A stretch of DNA of 27,923 nt from assembly GCA_022428035.1 (NCBI GenBank), contig JAKMDG010000280.1, positions 1-27,923 on the forward strand, written 5' to 3'. The stretch comes from Longimicrobiales bacterium. Its GTDB lineage: Bacteria; Gemmatimonadota; Gemmatimonadetes; Longimicrobiales; Gaopeijiaceae. Positions 1-8,575 of the stretch are shown here, piece by piece (the stretch's first letter is position 1; every line of letters begins with the position of its first letter). The notes under the pieces are model-generated. The model had not been told where the DNA came from, ran no database searches, and saw nothing but the letters and a program-made list of their open reading frames with translations. The translations under genes and the position numbers were made by a program.

Positions 1-540
1 CTTGTCCGCCACGTCCCGCAGCGTGCGCAGGTTTGCGAGCTCGGACGGCGCGATCTCCGGAAGGCCAGGGAGACGCTCCTGAAGCTCGGACAGAATCTCG
101 ACCTGCTTGATCGAGTCTATCCCGAGCCCTGCTTCCATCTCCATATCCAGGTCCAGCATCTCGACCGGGTAGCCGGTCTTTTCAGAGACGACCTCCAGGG
201 CCATCGCAGTCACGTCGACCGCCGGTGCTGACGCAACAGCAGACACCGCCGCTGCCGCGACAGGTGCAGCTTCAGGCACTGTTCCCGCGGGCAGACCGGC
301 CGAAAGCTTGTCCGCCACGTCCCGCAGCGTGCGCAGGTTTGCGAGCTCGGACGGCGCGATCTCCGGAAGGCCAGGGAGACGCTCCTGAAGCTCGGACAGA
401 ATCTCGACCTGCTTGATCGAGTCAATCCCGAGCCCTGCTTCCATCTCCATATCCAGGTCCAGCATGTCTACCGGGTAGCCGGTCTTTTCAGAGACGACCT
501 CCAGGGCCATCGCAGTCACGTCGACCGCCGGTGCTGACGC
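1..540 (-). repeat. Near-identical tandem ACP-coding repeats (copies 1-234 and 307-540, period 306 bp)
   Basis: Direct alignment shows only 3 substitutions over about 234 bp. Both copies encode VDVTAMALEVVSEKTGYPV(D/E)MLDLDMEMEAGLGIDSIKQVEILSELQERLPGLPEIAPSELANLRTLRDVADK, with the phosphopantetheine Ser at 418-420 and 112-114. Confidence 0.95.
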
Positions 541-3500
541 GACGGGCGCCACAGGCATGGCGGGCTGTGGCATAGCGACCGCGGGGGCCGGTGCCGGAGC
601 AGGAGACACAGGCTCAGCCGCAACAGGCGCTACAGGACTGAGGGGCTCAGCCGCGACGGGCGCCACAGGCATTGCGGGCTGTGGCACAGCGACCGCGGGG
701 GTCGGTGCCGAAATCGACATCGGCTCCGGCTGAATCGGTGCCGGTCGCACTTGCGGTACCGGCTGCGCAACGGGCTGACCCGGCGCTACAGCACCAGTCT
801 GACCGAGCGCGGACGCGGCCATACCCAGGAAGCTGCGGTGGCTTTCTGCCATCAACTCCTGATATCGACGGTGTGCCTCGATGGTCACATGATGCATCTG
901 AGCAGCCATGGCCAGATCAGCCGCTGGGGCCGATGCAGGCACCGCCGTTGCAGGCTGGATCGGCGCCGTGGGGGTCAGCGTCGGAGCAGGCGGCAGCACA
1001 GGGGCGGAGGACACCGCCGCGGCCGGGGCTGCAGAGGGGACCGGTGGCGCCGTAGTCTCCGCTACTTCGGGATTTGGAGCGGCGCGACCGGCTGCTCCGT
1101 TCTCGGGCGGATATGGGCGGTCATGGTTGAAGCCAGTGATCATGATCTCATACGGCTTCGCCTCCACGGGAGCGTCGGGAACCCGATACCCCTCGGAAAG
1201 CGCAGTGAGGTCCATCTCAATACCCTCGGCCGCTAGCGCACCAACACCGCGCCAGAACGCCCGAAGCCCGTCGACCTTCTTATCGTCGAGGGAGACCGCG
1301 ACGTGATCGCGATCCCCGAGACAGCGTCCAATCAATTTGGTCAGGACTCGACCCGGACCGACTTCGACGAAGTGCGTTACCCCTGACGCATGCATCGCTT
1401 CGACCATCTCGCGAAAGCGAACCGGCGAAGCGAGCTGGTCGGCAAGGAGGCGACGACCAGCCTTGGCAGTCTTCGGATAGACGTCCGCCGTCTTGTTGGC
1501 ATACACGTCGATCGTTCCAGAGCCCCACTTCACGCCCGCGAGGTGAGCGTGAAAGGGCTCGCACGAATCCGAAACGATGCTCGAGTGGAATGCCGACGCA
1601 ACAGGTAGACGGATTGTGCGCAGGCCAGCCGCCTTCAGCTTATCCGTCACCGCGTCGATGGCTTCGACCGACCCAGCCAGGACCACCTCGGTCGGTGCGT
1701 TGTCGTTCGCGATCACGACGTTGTCGGACTCGTCGATCAGCCCGGCCACCGTCTCGGCATCGCTGGGCACCGCGATCATGGCACCCGCGGTGTTCGCCGC
1801 GGCCTCGGCCATGAGCTCGCCACGCTTGCGTGCCGTTGCGAGTAAGGCGCTCTCGGCGATGCGACCGGAAGCAGCCAGTGCGGATAGTTCACCGAAGCTA
1901 TGTCCAGCCACGGCATCCGCCTCGAGACCAAGGTCTCGGAGCAGGTGCAGGAAGCCCAGGCTCACCGCGGCGATCGCCGGCTGAGCCGTCTCCATCACAG
2001 TGAGGTTCGCGGACTGCTCGGCCCGCTCCTCGGCGGTGAATGCCGGCGGAGGAAAAACTGCTCGGTCCAGGCGGTCGTTCGCGAACTCCTCCATGTCGAC
2101 CGCCGCATCCCAAACGGCACGCGCACCGTCGAAGGTGATGGCTGCATGGGCGCCCATACCGACGTACTGACTTCCCTGACCCGGGAAGACGAAGGCAAGC
2201 TTGCCGACGGTCGATGCGCCGAAGCCGAATCGAATGTCCGGATCAGGAAGTGAACCCTCATTTCCGGAGCGAAGCGCGTCCGTAGCCTTCGTGATCTTTG
2301 CGCTGAGTTCCTCAATCGTGCTCGCGACGATCGCGACGCGAGCGTTCGCCTTGGCGTCGAACGCCTCGGCAGCGTCTGCAGCGATGAGACCCAGCGAATA
2401 ACCCGACTGGATCTGATCCGTGGTCTGCGCAAGCTGGGCCGCAAGAGCATCGCGATCCGCTGCCGAGAGTACGACGAGCTCGTCGGCCCAGGCGCGCAAC
2501 CGTTCGGGACGATTTCCCGCCCCCGTGTACTCCTCCATCGTCACGTGGAAGTTCGAGCCACCGAATCCGAAGGAGCTGACAGAGCCACGGCGCGGGTGGT
2601 CACTACCACGAATCCAGGGACGTGCTTCCGTGTTGATGTACAGCGGCCCGTCGGCGAGTCCGAGCAGCGCGTTCGGCTTGGACACCTTGAGCGTTGGAGG
2701 GAGCACACGATGGTGGAGCGCGAGCGCCACCTTAATCAGCCCTGCGGAGCCGGCGGCCGCCTTCGTGTGTCCAATCTGCGACTTCACCGAACCGAGCGCG
2801 CACCACGCGTGGCTGTCCTCCTTGGCCGGTCCAAAGACCGACGTGAGCCCGCGCGCCTCCGCGGCATCGCCGGCTTTAGTCGCCGTGCCGTGCGCCTCGA
2901 CGAGCTCGACCGTTGCCGGGCTGTAGTCGGCTTTCTGGTAGGCACGGCGAAGTGCCTGAGCCTGACCTTCGGGCCGCGGGGCGTAGACACTGGAGCCCTT
3001 ACCGTCCGACGACGCACCGAGTCCACGAATCACCGCATAGATCTCGTCACCGTCACGCTCTGCGTCTTCGAGGCGGCGCAGTGCGAGCATGCCCACACCC
3101 TCACCAATGAGCGTGCCATCAGCTTCCTCGGAGAACGGCCGGCAGTCCCCGGTCGGGGAAAACGCAGGCGTTTTCGAGAAGCACATGTACATCAGGATGT
3201 CGTTGAGGGCATCGACACCCCCCGCAATCACCATATCGCTGTCACCCAGATACAGCTCGTGCAGTCCTGCCTGTAGCGCGGAGATCGAGCTCGCACACGC
3301 CGCATCGGTCACAAAGTTCGAGCCGCCGAGGTTGAGACGGTTCGCAATTCGCCCAGCGACCACATTGCCGAGCAAGCCCGGAAAGGTGCTTTCCTGCCAA
3401 GGCTGGTAATGATCCTTGATCAACTGAACGATCTCCTGGACCCGGCTCTCCGGCAGCCCAGCCTGGCGCAATGCGTTCCGCCAGAGGGGGTGATGCAGCC

Positions 3501-3909
3501 GGGAGCCCATCTCTACGACGAGCTCCGTTGCAGACGCCACGCCCAGGATCACGCTGGTGCGAGTCAGGTCGGCATCATCGGAGAATTTCCCGGCATCCAC
3601 GAGCACCCGCTTCGCGGCGATCAGGGCGAGGAGCTGGGCAGTGTCCGTAGCCGGGATCGTCGTTGGCGGCATCCCGAACTCCATCGGATTGAACGCCACC
3701 GGGTCGAGGTATCCACCCCGCTTCGCATACGTCATATCCGGAGCAGTCGGGTCCGGATCGTAGTAGTCCTCGATAAGCCAGGCGTGCGGAGGTACGTCAG
3801 TCAGACGGTCCGTCGCGGAGACGATATCGCGCCAGAAGCCGACCAAGTCCTGACTCCCTGCGAACAGGGAGCTCATTCCGACGATGGCAATGGGAGGGGA
3901 GGTGGACAT
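1..3909 (-). CDS. pfaA: PfaA-like iterative type I PKS / PUFA synthase (KS-AT-Pro/Ala linker-ACP-ACP...), 3'-truncated by the window edge
   Basis: Translated by hand from ATG 3909 (MSTSPPIAIVGMSSLFAG...) with no stop through base 1 (1303 codons). KS triad: VTDAACASS (Cys 3295-3297), VEAHGTAT (His 2890-2892), QIGHTKAAAG (His 2767-2769), plus VSSFGFGGSNFH. AT motifs: FVFPGQGSQY, VAGHSFGE (Ser 1897-1899), SAFHS, FVEVGPG. Two ACPs with LGIDSIKQVEIL. Confidence 0.95.
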   Translation of the reverse strand, partial: MSTSPPIAIVGMSSLFAGSQDLVGFWRDIVSATDRLTDVPPHAWLIEDYYDPDPTAPDMTYAKRGGYLDPVAFNPMEFGMPPTTIPATDTAQLLALIAAKRVLVDAGKFSDDADLTRTSVILGVASATELVVEMGSRLHHPLWRNALRQAGLPESRVQEIVQLIKDHYQPWQESTFPGLLGNVVAGRIANRLNLGGSNFVTDAACASSISALQAGLHELYLGDSDMVIAGGVDALNDILMYMCFSKTPAFSPTGDCRPFSEEADGTLIGEGVGMLALRRLEDAERDGDEIYAVIRGLGASSDGKGSSVYAPRPEGQAQALRRAYQKADYSPATVELVEAHGTATKAGDAAEARGLTSVFGPAKEDSHAWCALGSVKSQIGHTKAAAGSAGLIKVALALHHRVLPPTLKVSKPNALLGLADGPLYINTEARPWIRGSDHPRRGSVSSFGFGGSNFHVTMEEYTGAGNRPERLRAWADELVVLSAADRDALAAQLAQTTDQIQSGYSLGLIAADAAEAFDAKANARVAIVASTIEELSAKITKATDALRSGNEGSLPDPDIRFGFGASTVGKLAFVFPGQGSQYVGMGAHAAITFDGARAVWDAAVDMEEFANDRLDRAVFPPPAFTAEERAEQSANLTVMETAQPAIAAVSLGFLHLLRDLGLEADAVAGHSFGELSALAASGRIAESALLATARKRGELMAEAAANTAGAMIAVPSDAETVAGLIDESDNVVIANDNAPTEVVLAGSVEAIDAVTDKLKAAGLRTIRLPVASAFHSSIVSDSCEPFHAHLAGVKWGSGTIDVYANKTADVYPKTAKAGRRLLADQLASPVRFREMVEAMHASGVTHFVEVGPGRVLTKLIGRCLGDRDHVAVSLDDKKVDGLRAFWRGVGALAAEGIEMDLTALSEGYRVPDAPVEAKPYEIMITGFNHDRPYPPENGAAGRAAPNPEVAETTAPPVPSAAPAAAVSSAPVLPPAPTLTPTAPIQPATAVPASAPAADLAMAAQMHHVTIEAHRRYQELMAESHRSFLGMAASALGQTGAVAPGQPVAQPVPQVRPAPIQPEPMSISAPTPAVAVPQPAMPVAPVAAEPLSPVAPVAAEPVSPAPAPAPAVAMPQPAMPVAPVASAPAVDVTAMALEVVSEKTGYPVDMLDLDMEMEAGLGIDSIKQVEILSELQERLPGLPEIAPSELANLRTLRDVADKLSAGLPAGTVPEAAPVAAAAVSAVASAPAVDVTAMALEVVSEKTGYPVEMLDLDMEMEAGLGIDSIKQVEILSELQERLPGLPEIAPSELANLRTLRDVADK
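539..710 (-). repeat. Imperfect 58-bp duplication (period 114 bp) in the Pro/Ala-rich AT-ACP linker of pfaA
   Basis: gcgacgggcgccacaggcat(g/t)gcgggctgtggca(t/c)agcgaccgcggggg(c/t)cggtgccg occurs at 539-596 and 653-710, encoding PAVA(M/V)PQPAMPVAPVA twice. Confidence 0.85.
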
Positions 3910-3917
3910 CTATGCTC

Positions 3918-5576
3918 TCAGCGAAGAGGACGTGGTGAGTACGTCAGGTCGGCTGCCCCGAGCGGGACACCGGCCAAGCGTAACTGGTGAGCGCGCGTGA
4001 GCCACGCTGCACCTTCCATCAGATTCAGTCCGATCTGGACCGTCGTTCGATTGTCGACCGGCTCGAGGAAGCTCCCTGAAGCCCATTCGTTGAAGGCTCC
4101 CATCGCAGGGCCACACCAGATCTGGTAGTCACCCCGGCGGACTTCCTCACCGGAGCGAGCCCACTGGGCACCCATGAAAAGATACCAGCGGAAGATCAAT
4201 GCCATCCGGTGCTTGGGATTCTGCTCAGCACGCTCAATCTCGCGTGGATCCCGCTGCTGGAAGAACGCCACGGTGTCAGCCCAGATATCATTCACGGAGC
4301 GACCGAGCGCTTTCTGCTCCATCGCGACGCGCTCTTCTTCAGGCATGGCCTCGATCGAGTCGTAGGTGCGGAAGATGCGATACAGCTCTTTTCCGCGCTG
4401 GGCGAACATCGTTCCGCGCTTGAGCACCTGGACTTCCACGCCCATTTCGAACATGTCGGCGGCCGGCGCCATCGCGACATCCGTCATCGACGCACCAGCC
4501 AGCATGCGGCGACCATCATCGGACAGGGCCGACTCAATCGCCGCCTGATTCACGGATCCTGTCACAACGTAGGCGGCGCCCGCTGCAAAAGCCGCAGCCA
4601 GAGCCGCGGGTGTTCCCAGGCCACCACCCACCCCCACACGTGCCGGGCGGGCATAGCCGAACTCCGCGGCGGTCTCCTGAGCCAGATCCAGGATCATCGG
4701 CAACAGAACGGGCATGGGCCGATTGTCCGTGTGCCCGCCTGAGTCGGCTTCAACGGTAATGTCTTCCGCGACCGGGACGAGGCGAGCGAGTGCGGCTTCC
4801 TCGGCCGTCAGCTTACCCGCTTCCACGAGCGGTACGAGCATCGCCTCAGGAGCAGGCGACAGGAACGGACGGGCAACCTCGACGCGTGAGATCTTCGCGA
4901 AGATGTGGGTGCGTCGCTGAATCGAACCATCGGCAGCCCGCGTCAGCCCCTTCGCCGAGAGGTACACAATCGCAGGCTGAAGCCGCATGAACGCCGACGC
5001 CGAGATGTTGGAGACGCCACGCGCGAGCATCAGCTCGGCGAAGTCCATCTCCATGTGGGGCTCCTGCGGGCTATGGATGAGATTTGCACCCCAATTGCGA
5101 ACGCCTGGCCCCAGAGCCCTCTGAATTTTTTGGATTGCTTGGTCGACGTCAGGAATCGACAGGCCCGCACTGCCGAAGAAAGCCATGAGTCCAGCTTCAG
5201 CGCCGGCGATGACCATGTCGGCAGAAGCGATCCCGCGCGCCATCTCACCGACGACATACGCGAAGCGGCATCCGTGCGCCGCATTGAAGTCCCGATCACC
5301 CAGCCACTCCGGAAAAACCGGTGGAAGCACGCCGATCAGCGCTTCGTCCGGGCCAGGCTGCGAGGTCAAACCAGCCCCGGAGCTGACACCGACGGTGCGC
5401 ACTCCATGGGGGCCCGCAACAAGGCCGACCGGAGCCCGAACCGAGATTCCGGCCGGCCCAGGATGCACAAACGTGAGCGACCCCTGCTCGGTGGCCGACG
5501 AGGTGCCGGGCACCGCAGTCATCACTGAGCCAGCGGGCGTGTTCGCACGCAGGCTGACGTTAAGTCGTCCTTCCAT
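3918..5576 (-). CDS. pfaD: PfaD-family FMN-dependent enoyl-ACP reductase (PUFA/polyketide biosynthesis)
   Basis: Motifs: GEMARGIAS, WGANLIHSP, IFAKISRVEVA, VEADSGGHTDNRP, APAADMFEMGVEVQVLKRGTMF, DYQIWCGPAMGAFN. The stop lies 8 bp before the pfaA ATG. The start is uncertain (5609, 5576 with GGAG, or 5522). Confidence 0.93.
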   Translation of the reverse strand: MEGRLNVSLRANTPAGSVMTAVPGTSSATEQGSLTFVHPGPAGISVRAPVGLVAGPHGVRTVGVSSGAGLTSQPGPDEALIGVLPPVFPEWLGDRDFNAAHGCRFAYVVGEMARGIASADMVIAGAEAGLMAFFGSAGLSIPDVDQAIQKIQRALGPGVRNWGANLIHSPQEPHMEMDFAELMLARGVSNISASAFMRLQPAIVYLSAKGLTRAADGSIQRRTHIFAKISRVEVARPFLSPAPEAMLVPLVEAGKLTAEEAALARLVPVAEDITVEADSGGHTDNRPMPVLLPMILDLAQETAAEFGYARPARVGVGGGLGTPAALAAAFAAGAAYVVTGSVNQAAIESALSDDGRRMLAGASMTDVAMAPAADMFEMGVEVQVLKRGTMFAQRGKELYRIFRTYDSIEAMPEEERVAMEQKALGRSVNDIWADTVAFFQQRDPREIERAEQNPKHRMALIFRWYLFMGAQWARSGEEVRRGDYQIWCGPAMGAFNEWASGSFLEPVDNRTTVQIGLNLMEGAAWLTRAHQLRLAGVPLGAADLTYSPRPLR

Positions 5577-5697
5577 GAACTCCGGGGGCCACGAGTGCCT
5601 TGCAAACAAGTGTTTCGAACGTAAACAAAACGGTCCAGAAAATAACCCAAACAGTCCCTTTCAGGGGGATCAACCTAGATTCGGGCGAAACCTCGGG

Positions 5698-7305
5698 CTA
5701 CCGACCGATACCCTCCCCTGGCAGCGATGGCGTCGTCACGGGGTCCCTGCGAGCACGCGTAGCCTGCTCGAATGCGTATCCCAGTCCCAGGAGCGTGGGC
5801 TCGCTGAACGCAGGACCGAGAAAGGAAATACCCACGGGGAGACCGTCAGTCGTAAATCCCGCAGGCACGATCAGGTCGGGAAATCCGGTCAGGTTTGCGA
5901 AGTTTGTCGCTGATGGAACGTCCCAGACCGCCGCGTCCTGTCCAACACGATCAGGCCGCGTGCCCGATGTCGGGTAGACGATGGCATCCAGGCCGTGGCG
6001 CTCCATGAGGCCGCCCACATGGTCGCGAACGATCTGAAGACCATGATCCCTCATCGTCACATACTCGACGTCGGTCACCTCTCCACTCGCCTCTTCCTGC
6101 TTGAAGAGTGCCCAGCGGACCGGATTCGGGCGCCCACCGTCCTCCGTAGAGGCGAGAATCTCCTGAGAACGGTTCACCAGGTCAGTCAGGGTCTTCGGGT
6201 ACTCTGGCCCCGTCGTAGCCAGGTATGCCGGGATCTGCTCGCGGAATTCACGCCAGCGAATCGTCGTATACCAGTCGGCCTTCGCACTCAGTAGCCAGTC
6301 GTCGAAGGTTACATCGACCAGCGTCGCACCCGCTTCTTCCATGTGACCGAGTCCGGCCTCGATAACCCAGTCTACCTCAGAGTCACCGCCGAGAAACTGA
6401 CGGGCGACACCGATCCTGGCTCCGTTCAGCGCCGCTGCATCAAGGAACGCCGTGTAGTCCACCTCGACACGACCCTCAGCGGTGGACGTCGCATCGTCCG
6501 CACGGTCTACGCCGGCGATCACGCTCAGCATCGCGGCAATATCGTATACGCTGCGCGCCATCGGCCCACCCGTGTCGAAGGATAGAGCCAGCGGAACAAT
6601 CCCGTCCCTGCTCACCAGTCCAAGGGTCGGCTTCAGTCCTGCGATCCCGTTTGCGGTCGACGGTCCTCGAACTGATCCGCCGGTATCCGTCCCGATCCCG
6701 AGCTGCGCAAAAGACGCCGCGATCGCGGATCCCGTTCCACCCGATGAGCCGGAGGGTGAGTGATCAAGACTGTGCGGATTGAGAATCCAGCCTCCAACGG
6801 ACGACATCGTCGCGCCAGAAGCGAACTCGCTCATGTTCACCTTGGCGAGGATGATCGCTCCTGCCGCACGGAGCTGTTGTACGAGAAATGCGTCATCCGG
6901 CGGAATCGACCCGGCCAGGAGAATGGATCCGGCAGTCGTGGGCATGTCCGCCGTGTCGACGTTGTCCTTGAGGACCACGGGAATACCGTGAAGCAACGAG
7001 CGCGCCCCGCTCCGCCGTCGCTCCTCATCGAGCACGCGCGCCTGCTCGACCGCCTGCTCGTTCAGCCACAAAACCGTGTTGAGTGACGGCCCTCGCTGGT
7101 CATAGGCCTCGATGCGGGCGAGGTACATCTCCACAAGCTGCTCCGCCGATAGAGCCCCGGATTCGAAGGCAGCATTGAGGTCGGAGATGGTGGCCTCGGA
7201 GAGCGGGATCTGCTGGCTCGCCGCTCCGGTGGGGACGACGGCCAGCAAGAACAGAAGGGCCGCAGCAGTTCCAGTTCGGGTCCACCGGGTCGATCGCGCC
7301 CTCAT
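5698..7305 (-). CDS. Exported amidase-signature family hydrolase (535 aa)
   Basis: Ser-cisSer-Lys motifs: IPVVLKDNVDT, PSGSSGGTG, GTDTGGSVRGP; also C-terminal GLPVGISFLG. The start is reassigned to ATG 7305 (GAGGA RBS, ATGA overlap with the upstream stop). It has an N-terminal signal peptide (AAALLFLLAVVPTGAAS-QQ). Confidence 0.92.
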   Translation of the reverse strand: MRARSTRWTRTGTAAALLFLLAVVPTGAASQQIPLSEATISDLNAAFESGALSAEQLVEMYLARIEAYDQRGPSLNTVLWLNEQAVEQARVLDEERRRSGARSLLHGIPVVLKDNVDTADMPTTAGSILLAGSIPPDDAFLVQQLRAAGAIILAKVNMSEFASGATMSSVGGWILNPHSLDHSPSGSSGGTGSAIAASFAQLGIGTDTGGSVRGPSTANGIAGLKPTLGLVSRDGIVPLALSFDTGGPMARSVYDIAAMLSVIAGVDRADDATSTAEGRVEVDYTAFLDAAALNGARIGVARQFLGGDSEVDWVIEAGLGHMEEAGATLVDVTFDDWLLSAKADWYTTIRWREFREQIPAYLATTGPEYPKTLTDLVNRSQEILASTEDGGRPNPVRWALFKQEEASGEVTDVEYVTMRDHGLQIVRDHVGGLMERHGLDAIVYPTSGTRPDRVGQDAAVWDVPSATNFANLTGFPDLIVPAGFTTDGLPVGISFLGPAFSEPTLLGLGYAFEQATRARRDPVTTPSLPGEGIGR

Positions 7306-8378
7306 CGACGAATCCTCGTTGCGTCGCGAATGGTCATTCGAAGATCCCTCGCCAGTCCAGCCGCCTCGAGCGCTGCCCACATCAAAGGAACGAGCTCTGC
7401 ATCGACGAAGCCAGAGGGCGTTCCACCAGACTGGGGAGTGGAGAGGCCTTGCTCGGAACGAAAGGCGTCGACGGCCTGCGCAATCTCCTGGTCAAACGTC
7501 ATAGACTCCGCACTGCGATCGACACCCTCGTCATCTGGCCGGAAGTATCCAAGGGCATGCATGATCAGCTTGACCTGCCAGACATCGTTTCCAGCCGGCA
7601 ACGACAGTTCCCGGAACCCGAGCGCGCCCGATACGGCGTCGTAAATCCGCCGAACTTCGGCCACCGGCGTCAGGTGCTGGCAGACGTTGATGTGCACGGT
7701 CTGACCGTCCGCTCGACGGGCCATGCCTTCGCGTGGGTCGACAACGATGACCGAGGCCGACTGCTGCCGTCCGACCCGTCGATCTCCACCCACTGCCTGA
7801 CCGGCCTCCAGCGCCTCGACCAGTCGGTCCGCCAGGTGGCGGCCCGACCCCTCGCTTCCTTCGAACGCCTGAGCTACGGCGGCCACCACGTCCGGCCCCA
7901 CGAGGACATTACCCTGCGCCGCGTAGTTAGGACCTGACCTGTGGCCCGCCCATGCACCAGGACCGCTACCGGTGAACTGCGCCGCGCGACCATCGATGGA
8001 TACGACCCCGACCTGCCGGTTCTCCCGCCCCTCGTCTGCTTCGGTCGCAGCGTCGAGAGCATCCTGAGGCGACATCCCCTGCTCGAGCAGATCCAGGAGT
8101 TCCTGGCCATACGCGGTCCGCGTAGACGCCTGCGTCGCGACCGCCCCCACGCCAGCCCGAACCCACGGCACCCCATTGCCTACACAGGCATTCCGAGTGG
8201 TGACCGCTACACCGGACTCCCCGGTCGCGGGATCGACCCCGGCAATGGAGAAGGTGTGGAAGATCAATTCCTCTCCCCAGGAGACCGGCTCCTGGGCAGA
8301 CGCGGACGCGGTCAGCCACAAAGCAGCGGTGAGGGCGAGCAATGTACTCGAAACGTGGGTGCGGTCAGGTACGCTCAT
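7302..8378 (-). CDS. Exported DUF1028 (Ntn-hydrolase-like) protein with putative C-terminal peptidoglycan-binding domain (358 aa)
   Basis: Motifs: TFSIAGVDPATGESGVAVTT, GAVATQA, RQVGVV, QGNVLVG, GGDRRVGRQQSA. The C-terminal DVWQVKLIMHALGY...AVDAFRSEQGL...GFVDAE resembles PG_binding_1. The start is reassigned to ATG 8378, which precedes a signal peptide ending ASA-Q. Confidence 0.85.
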   Translation of the reverse strand: MSVPDRTHVSSTLLALTAALWLTASASAQEPVSWGEELIFHTFSIAGVDPATGESGVAVTTRNACVGNGVPWVRAGVGAVATQASTRTAYGQELLDLLEQGMSPQDALDAATEADEGRENRQVGVVSIDGRAAQFTGSGPGAWAGHRSGPNYAAQGNVLVGPDVVAAVAQAFEGSEGSGRHLADRLVEALEAGQAVGGDRRVGRQQSASVIVVDPREGMARRADGQTVHINVCQHLTPVAEVRRIYDAVSGALGFRELSLPAGNDVWQVKLIMHALGYFRPDDEGVDRSAESMTFDQEIAQAVDAFRSEQGLSTPQSGGTPSGFVDAELVPLMWAALEAAGLARDLRMTIRDATRIRR

Positions 8379-8504
8379 GGGCTGAGCTCGCAGGTCGAAG
8401 AAGATGAACCGATGCCGCCGAGGTTGCGCCAGCGGGCGCTCTGCGGCAAGCCGCCCATCACGATTCCTGAAGGCTGCGCCCCTCTGCCTGGTATTCGGTT
8501 CGCA

Positions 8505-8534
8505 GGAACAGCATTGTGAACGGCCTCGTCTTAT
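8505..8534 (+). promoter_or_regulatory. Candidate ECF-sigma promoter for the SPFH/zinc-ribbon pair
   Basis: GGAAC (8505-8509), 17 nt, CGTC(TTAT) (8527-8534), about 40 nt before ATG 8576. This fits the AAC-N16/17-CGT ECF signature. Confidence 0.4.
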
Positions 8535-8575
8535 CTTCAGGCGGTCACGCACTCAACAGCATGGAGGCCAGGGCT

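Noticed and set aside
1-710. Direct repeats considered as CRISPR or mobile-element repeats
   Set aside because: Periods are multiples of 3, they are in frame within pfaA and encode ACP and linker sequence. There are no spacers or cas genes.
210-3990. Many plus-strand and off-frame ORFs over the pfaA region (e.g. 751-1236, 2545-3276, 3409-3990, 1995-2450)
   Set aside because: They are Arg/Ser/Pro-rich shadow frames of the motif-bearing minus-strand PKS gene, which is expected in GC-rich DNA.
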